This document shows positions 61,504-64,000 of a DNA stretch of 64,000 nt, piece by piece. Each line of letters begins with the position of its first letter. Position 1 is the stretch's first letter. Both the position numbers and the translations under genes were made by a program. A model generated the notes under the pieces. That model was not told where the DNA came from and did not search any database. It saw nothing but the letters and a program-made list of their open reading frames with translations. Location: the NCBI GenBank assembly GCA_045047115.1, contig JASFYR010000033.1, positions 1 through 64,000 of the forward strand, written 5' to 3'. This DNA is from Sulfurospirillum sp. Lineage in GTDB: Bacteria; Campylobacterota; Campylobacteria; Campylobacterales; Sulfurospirillaceae.

Positions 61504-62467
61504 ACTTTTCATATATATACGGTCTGATTTTGAGTGGAATTTTAGCCAATCTGCAGGATTCTTTAAACTTTTTTGACATATTGATTTTACTGTATGGCGA
61601 GATAAATATAAGATTTTTACTAAAAACAACAACTATTTTATTTGATATTACGCAGTCTTTTGTTCTTAGGATCTCTTCTCTTTGGGAAGCACTCATTAGA
61701 ACGCCTAACTTTTTGATGACTTTATCGATTTGCCTTATATTTTTCAAATCTTCAGCTTCTCTTTGGAGAATAAACAGATTTTCGATACTTTTTTCATTTT
61801 TTGGCAATAACAGCTCTTTGTCTTTTTGTAGAAATTTAAAGCTGTTTTTTATGCCTTGCGCGTACTCATCTATAAAGGAATCGCTATATTTGTTTCTGAT
61901 TCTATTTCTGAAGTATTTATCCAAACTGTTGCTTTCATCTATAAAATGCAATATATCATTTTTGGAAAGATACTCTTTTAGTTCTTGTTTGCTTATTTGC
62001 AGAAGAGGTTTGATTTTGTTGTAATTTGCATTTTGTTCAATTTCCTGCATTCCGAGAAGCTCAACCAAACCACTGCCCCGACCTAGTTGCATCAAAAACC
62101 ATTCCATTTTGTCATTGAGTTGATGCGCGGTTATGAGGTTGTTAAATCCATACTGTTTTATTATCTCTTCAAAAAAGTTGTACCTCTCAACTCTGGCATT
62201 GTGCTCAAAATTTGACTCTTCCAGTTTACAAGAGTGGGTGAAAAGTCTTTTTTTGTATTTTTTCGCCAATTCCTCCGCATATTTCACTTCTTTCTTGCTC
62301 TGCTCTCTTGCGTTATAATCAACTATGGCCATATCGAAGTCAATTTTATTTTCTTCTAGTATAAAAAATAGGGCACTAGAATCTACCCCTGCCGAAAAAG
62401 CAAGTAGGTTTTTACCTTTTTTTAAAAACTCTATAGTTGTTTTATGCAGTTGCGGTGACTGTTGCAA
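61469..62467 (-). CDS. tilS: tRNA(Ile)-lysidine synthase
   Basis: [22 protein letters not shown] and DESN...RNRIR. Confidence 0.95.
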   Translation of the reverse strand: MQQSPQLHKTTIEFLKKGKNLLAFSAGVDSSALFFILEENKIDFDMAIVDYNAREQSKKEVKYAEELAKKYKKRLFTHSCKLEESNFEHNARVERYNFFEEIIKQYGFNNLITAHQLNDKMEWFLMQLGRGSGLVELLGMQEIEQNANYNKIKPLLQISKQELKEYLSKNDILHFIDESNSLDKYFRNRIRNKYSDSFIDEYAQGIKNSFKFLQKDKELLLPKNEKSIENLFILQREAEDLKNIRQIDKVIKKLGVLMSASQREEILRTKDCVISNKIVVVFSKNLIFISPYSKINMSKKFKESCRLAKIPLKIRPYIYEKSISVSELVHIL

Positions 62468-63767
62468 GTAGTTTGTCTCCTGCTAATTGTGTTGTTTCTG
62501 CAAAATAGCGTTTGCCAACTTCCAACTCTCCGATGAGAGATTCGTTGATGAGGATTTCTCCGTCAATCTCCCTGTCCCAAGAGAGTTTTTTGGCTCCGAT
62601 AAAAAGCTCGTGTTCACTGCTGGGACCTTCTGCTACTATAACTATCTCTTTGCCTATCTCATTTTGGAGACTCTTTTTTATCTTTCTTTCTACTATCTTG
62701 TTTAAAATTTCTACTCTTTTATCAATAGTTTGTTTATCTATCTTTCCACCCATCTCGAAAGCCAGAGTGTCCTCTTCGTCTGAATAGGCAAATATACTGA
62801 TTCTATCAAAATCAAACTTCTCTACAAAGCCACATAACTCTTCAAACTCTTCATTACTCTCTTTTGGATGACCCACAATGAACCCAGTTCTTAAAAAACT
62901 ATCTTTTGCATTTTTCATTAATTCTAAAAGCTCAATAATTCTATCTTTGTTTGCTCCCCTTTTCATTCTTGAGAGCATATTTCTGTTGATATGTTGGATC
63001 GGCATATCAAAATAGTTATGAAAAATTGGTGAGTCTATGATTCTTCGAACCAAAGTATTTGAAGTGGTGGTAGGGTATAGATACAAAATCCTCGCACTCT
63101 TGACACCCTCTATGCTCTCAACCATATCCATAAGCTTGATCAATCCCTCTTTTTCATCTAAATCTCGCAGGTAGGAGCTACTGTCTTGAGATATAAAGCT
63201 AAAGTCATAAAAACCTTGAGAAGTCAATCTTTGAAGCTCTTTTTTTATAGATTCAAGACTCCTGGAGTGAAGTTTTCCCTTAAATCCTGGTATTGCGCAG
63301 AAACTACAAGCCTGGTTGCATCCCTCGCTCAGTTTGATATAAGTATGATAGTTTGAGCCGGTTATCACTCTTTGTTCTTCATTGATGAGGTAGGTGGAGT
63401 TTGAAAAACTGTTTGTTTTTTCTCTTATAATTTCATCAATTCTATCATAATCTCCAACTCCAGTGAAAAGATCGACCTCTTTTAGCTCAAGTTGCAACTC
63501 TTCTTTGTATCTTTGGGTTAAGCACCCGCTAACTACAAGCAGAGAATCTTTTTTTCGTTTGGCATGGAGAGAAAATATAGTATCTAAGCTCTCCTCTTTA
63601 GCAGCCCCTATAAAACCGCATGTATTCACAATCAGCACATCGGCACTGCTTGCATCATCACATAATTCATAATCTTTTAGTCGCCCTAACATCACTTCTG
63701 AATCTACAAGATTTTTATTGCAACCGAGGCTTACCAGGTGTAATTTTTTATTCATTTTTTTATCCAT
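62442..63767 (-). CDS. rimO: Ribosomal protein S12 methylthiotransferase
   Basis: [36 protein letters not shown] and EIDG. Confidence 0.96.
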   Translation of the reverse strand: MDKKMNKKLHLVSLGCNKNLVDSEVMLGRLKDYELCDDASSADVLIVNTCGFIGAAKEESLDTIFSLHAKRKKDSLLVVSGCLTQRYKEELQLELKEVDLFTGVGDYDRIDEIIREKTNSFSNSTYLINEEQRVITGSNYHTYIKLSEGCNQACSFCAIPGFKGKLHSRSLESIKKELQRLTSQGFYDFSFISQDSSSYLRDLDEKEGLIKLMDMVESIEGVKSARILYLYPTTTSNTLVRRIIDSPIFHNYFDMPIQHINRNMLSRMKRGANKDRIIELLELMKNAKDSFLRTGFIVGHPKESNEEFEELCGFVEKFDFDRISIFAYSDEEDTLAFEMGGKIDKQTIDKRVEILNKIVERKIKKSLQNEIGKEIVIVAEGPSSEHELFIGAKKLSWDREIDGEILINESLIGELEVGKRYFAETTQLAGDKLLATVTATA

Positions 63768-63811
63768 TTTGAGAATTTGGTATTATATATGAATTGTTTA
63801 AAAGTGTCAAT

Positions 63812-63847
63812 ATTATGAGATCACCACTTTTGTGGTGGTCTCATAAT
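63812..63847. repeat. 16-bp inverted repeat in divergent intergenic region
   Basis: ATTATGAGATCACCAC-TTTT-GTGGTGGTCTCATAAT. Confidence 0.7.
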
Positions 63848-63936
63848 CCCATTTTAGTCAGTTAAGATTAAGGTTTTAGGGTATATAATGTTTTATTGCT
63901 CCATCAAGTAAGCAGTGGATTACAGGAGAAGCAGTT

Positions 63937-64000
63937 ATGAGTAAAATAACCATTAGAAAGAGACTTTTTAGAGGTATAATGGTGCTCTCTTTTGCTATAT
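63937..64000 (+). CDS. 5' end of a gene running off the window (MSKITIRKRLFRGIMVLSFAI...)
   Basis: AGGAG RBS, upstream TATAAT, start of a hydrophobic segment. Confidence 0.55.
   Translation, partial: MSKITIRKRLFRGIMVLSFAI

Overview
AT-rich chromosomal segment of a Campylobacterota (epsilonproteobacterial) bacterium. rpoB and rpoC are separate genes, so it is not Helicobacter/Wolinella; a Sulfurospirillum/Sulfurimonas-type organism is inferred. Contents left to right: TAXI-TRAP transporter, tRNA-Asn, SDR and kinase, an RND efflux system, and a co-directional cluster of RHH protein, apparently inactivated PD-(D/E)XK-fold protein, livKHMGF-type ABC transporter and putA. Then arsP/thioredoxin, yaaA with a candidate leader peptide, the core tRNA-tuf-rpmG-secE-nusG-rplKAJL-rpoBC-rpsLG-fusA region, tRNA-Arg, sulP, and a dialkylresorcinol (darAB) cluster. 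Finally gap-pgk-tpiA-fabI, nusA, HP0268-miaB-lpxJ-like genes, a sigma54-preceded PilMNO-like triplet, tilS and rimO. Most notable unexplained signals: (1) a family of hairpin cassettes in the spacers of the essential ribosomal/RNAP operon, including a 95-bp near-identical pair and a copy that separates rpoB from rpoC while bridging them with a 40-codon ORF; (2) an RHH plus pseudo-nuclease pair heading a proline uptake/catabolism operon; (3) a uORF and SD-sequestering hairpin upstream of yaaA; (4) a darAB cluster without an ACP. All calls come from reading the sequence and recalled family motifs; no searches were run.
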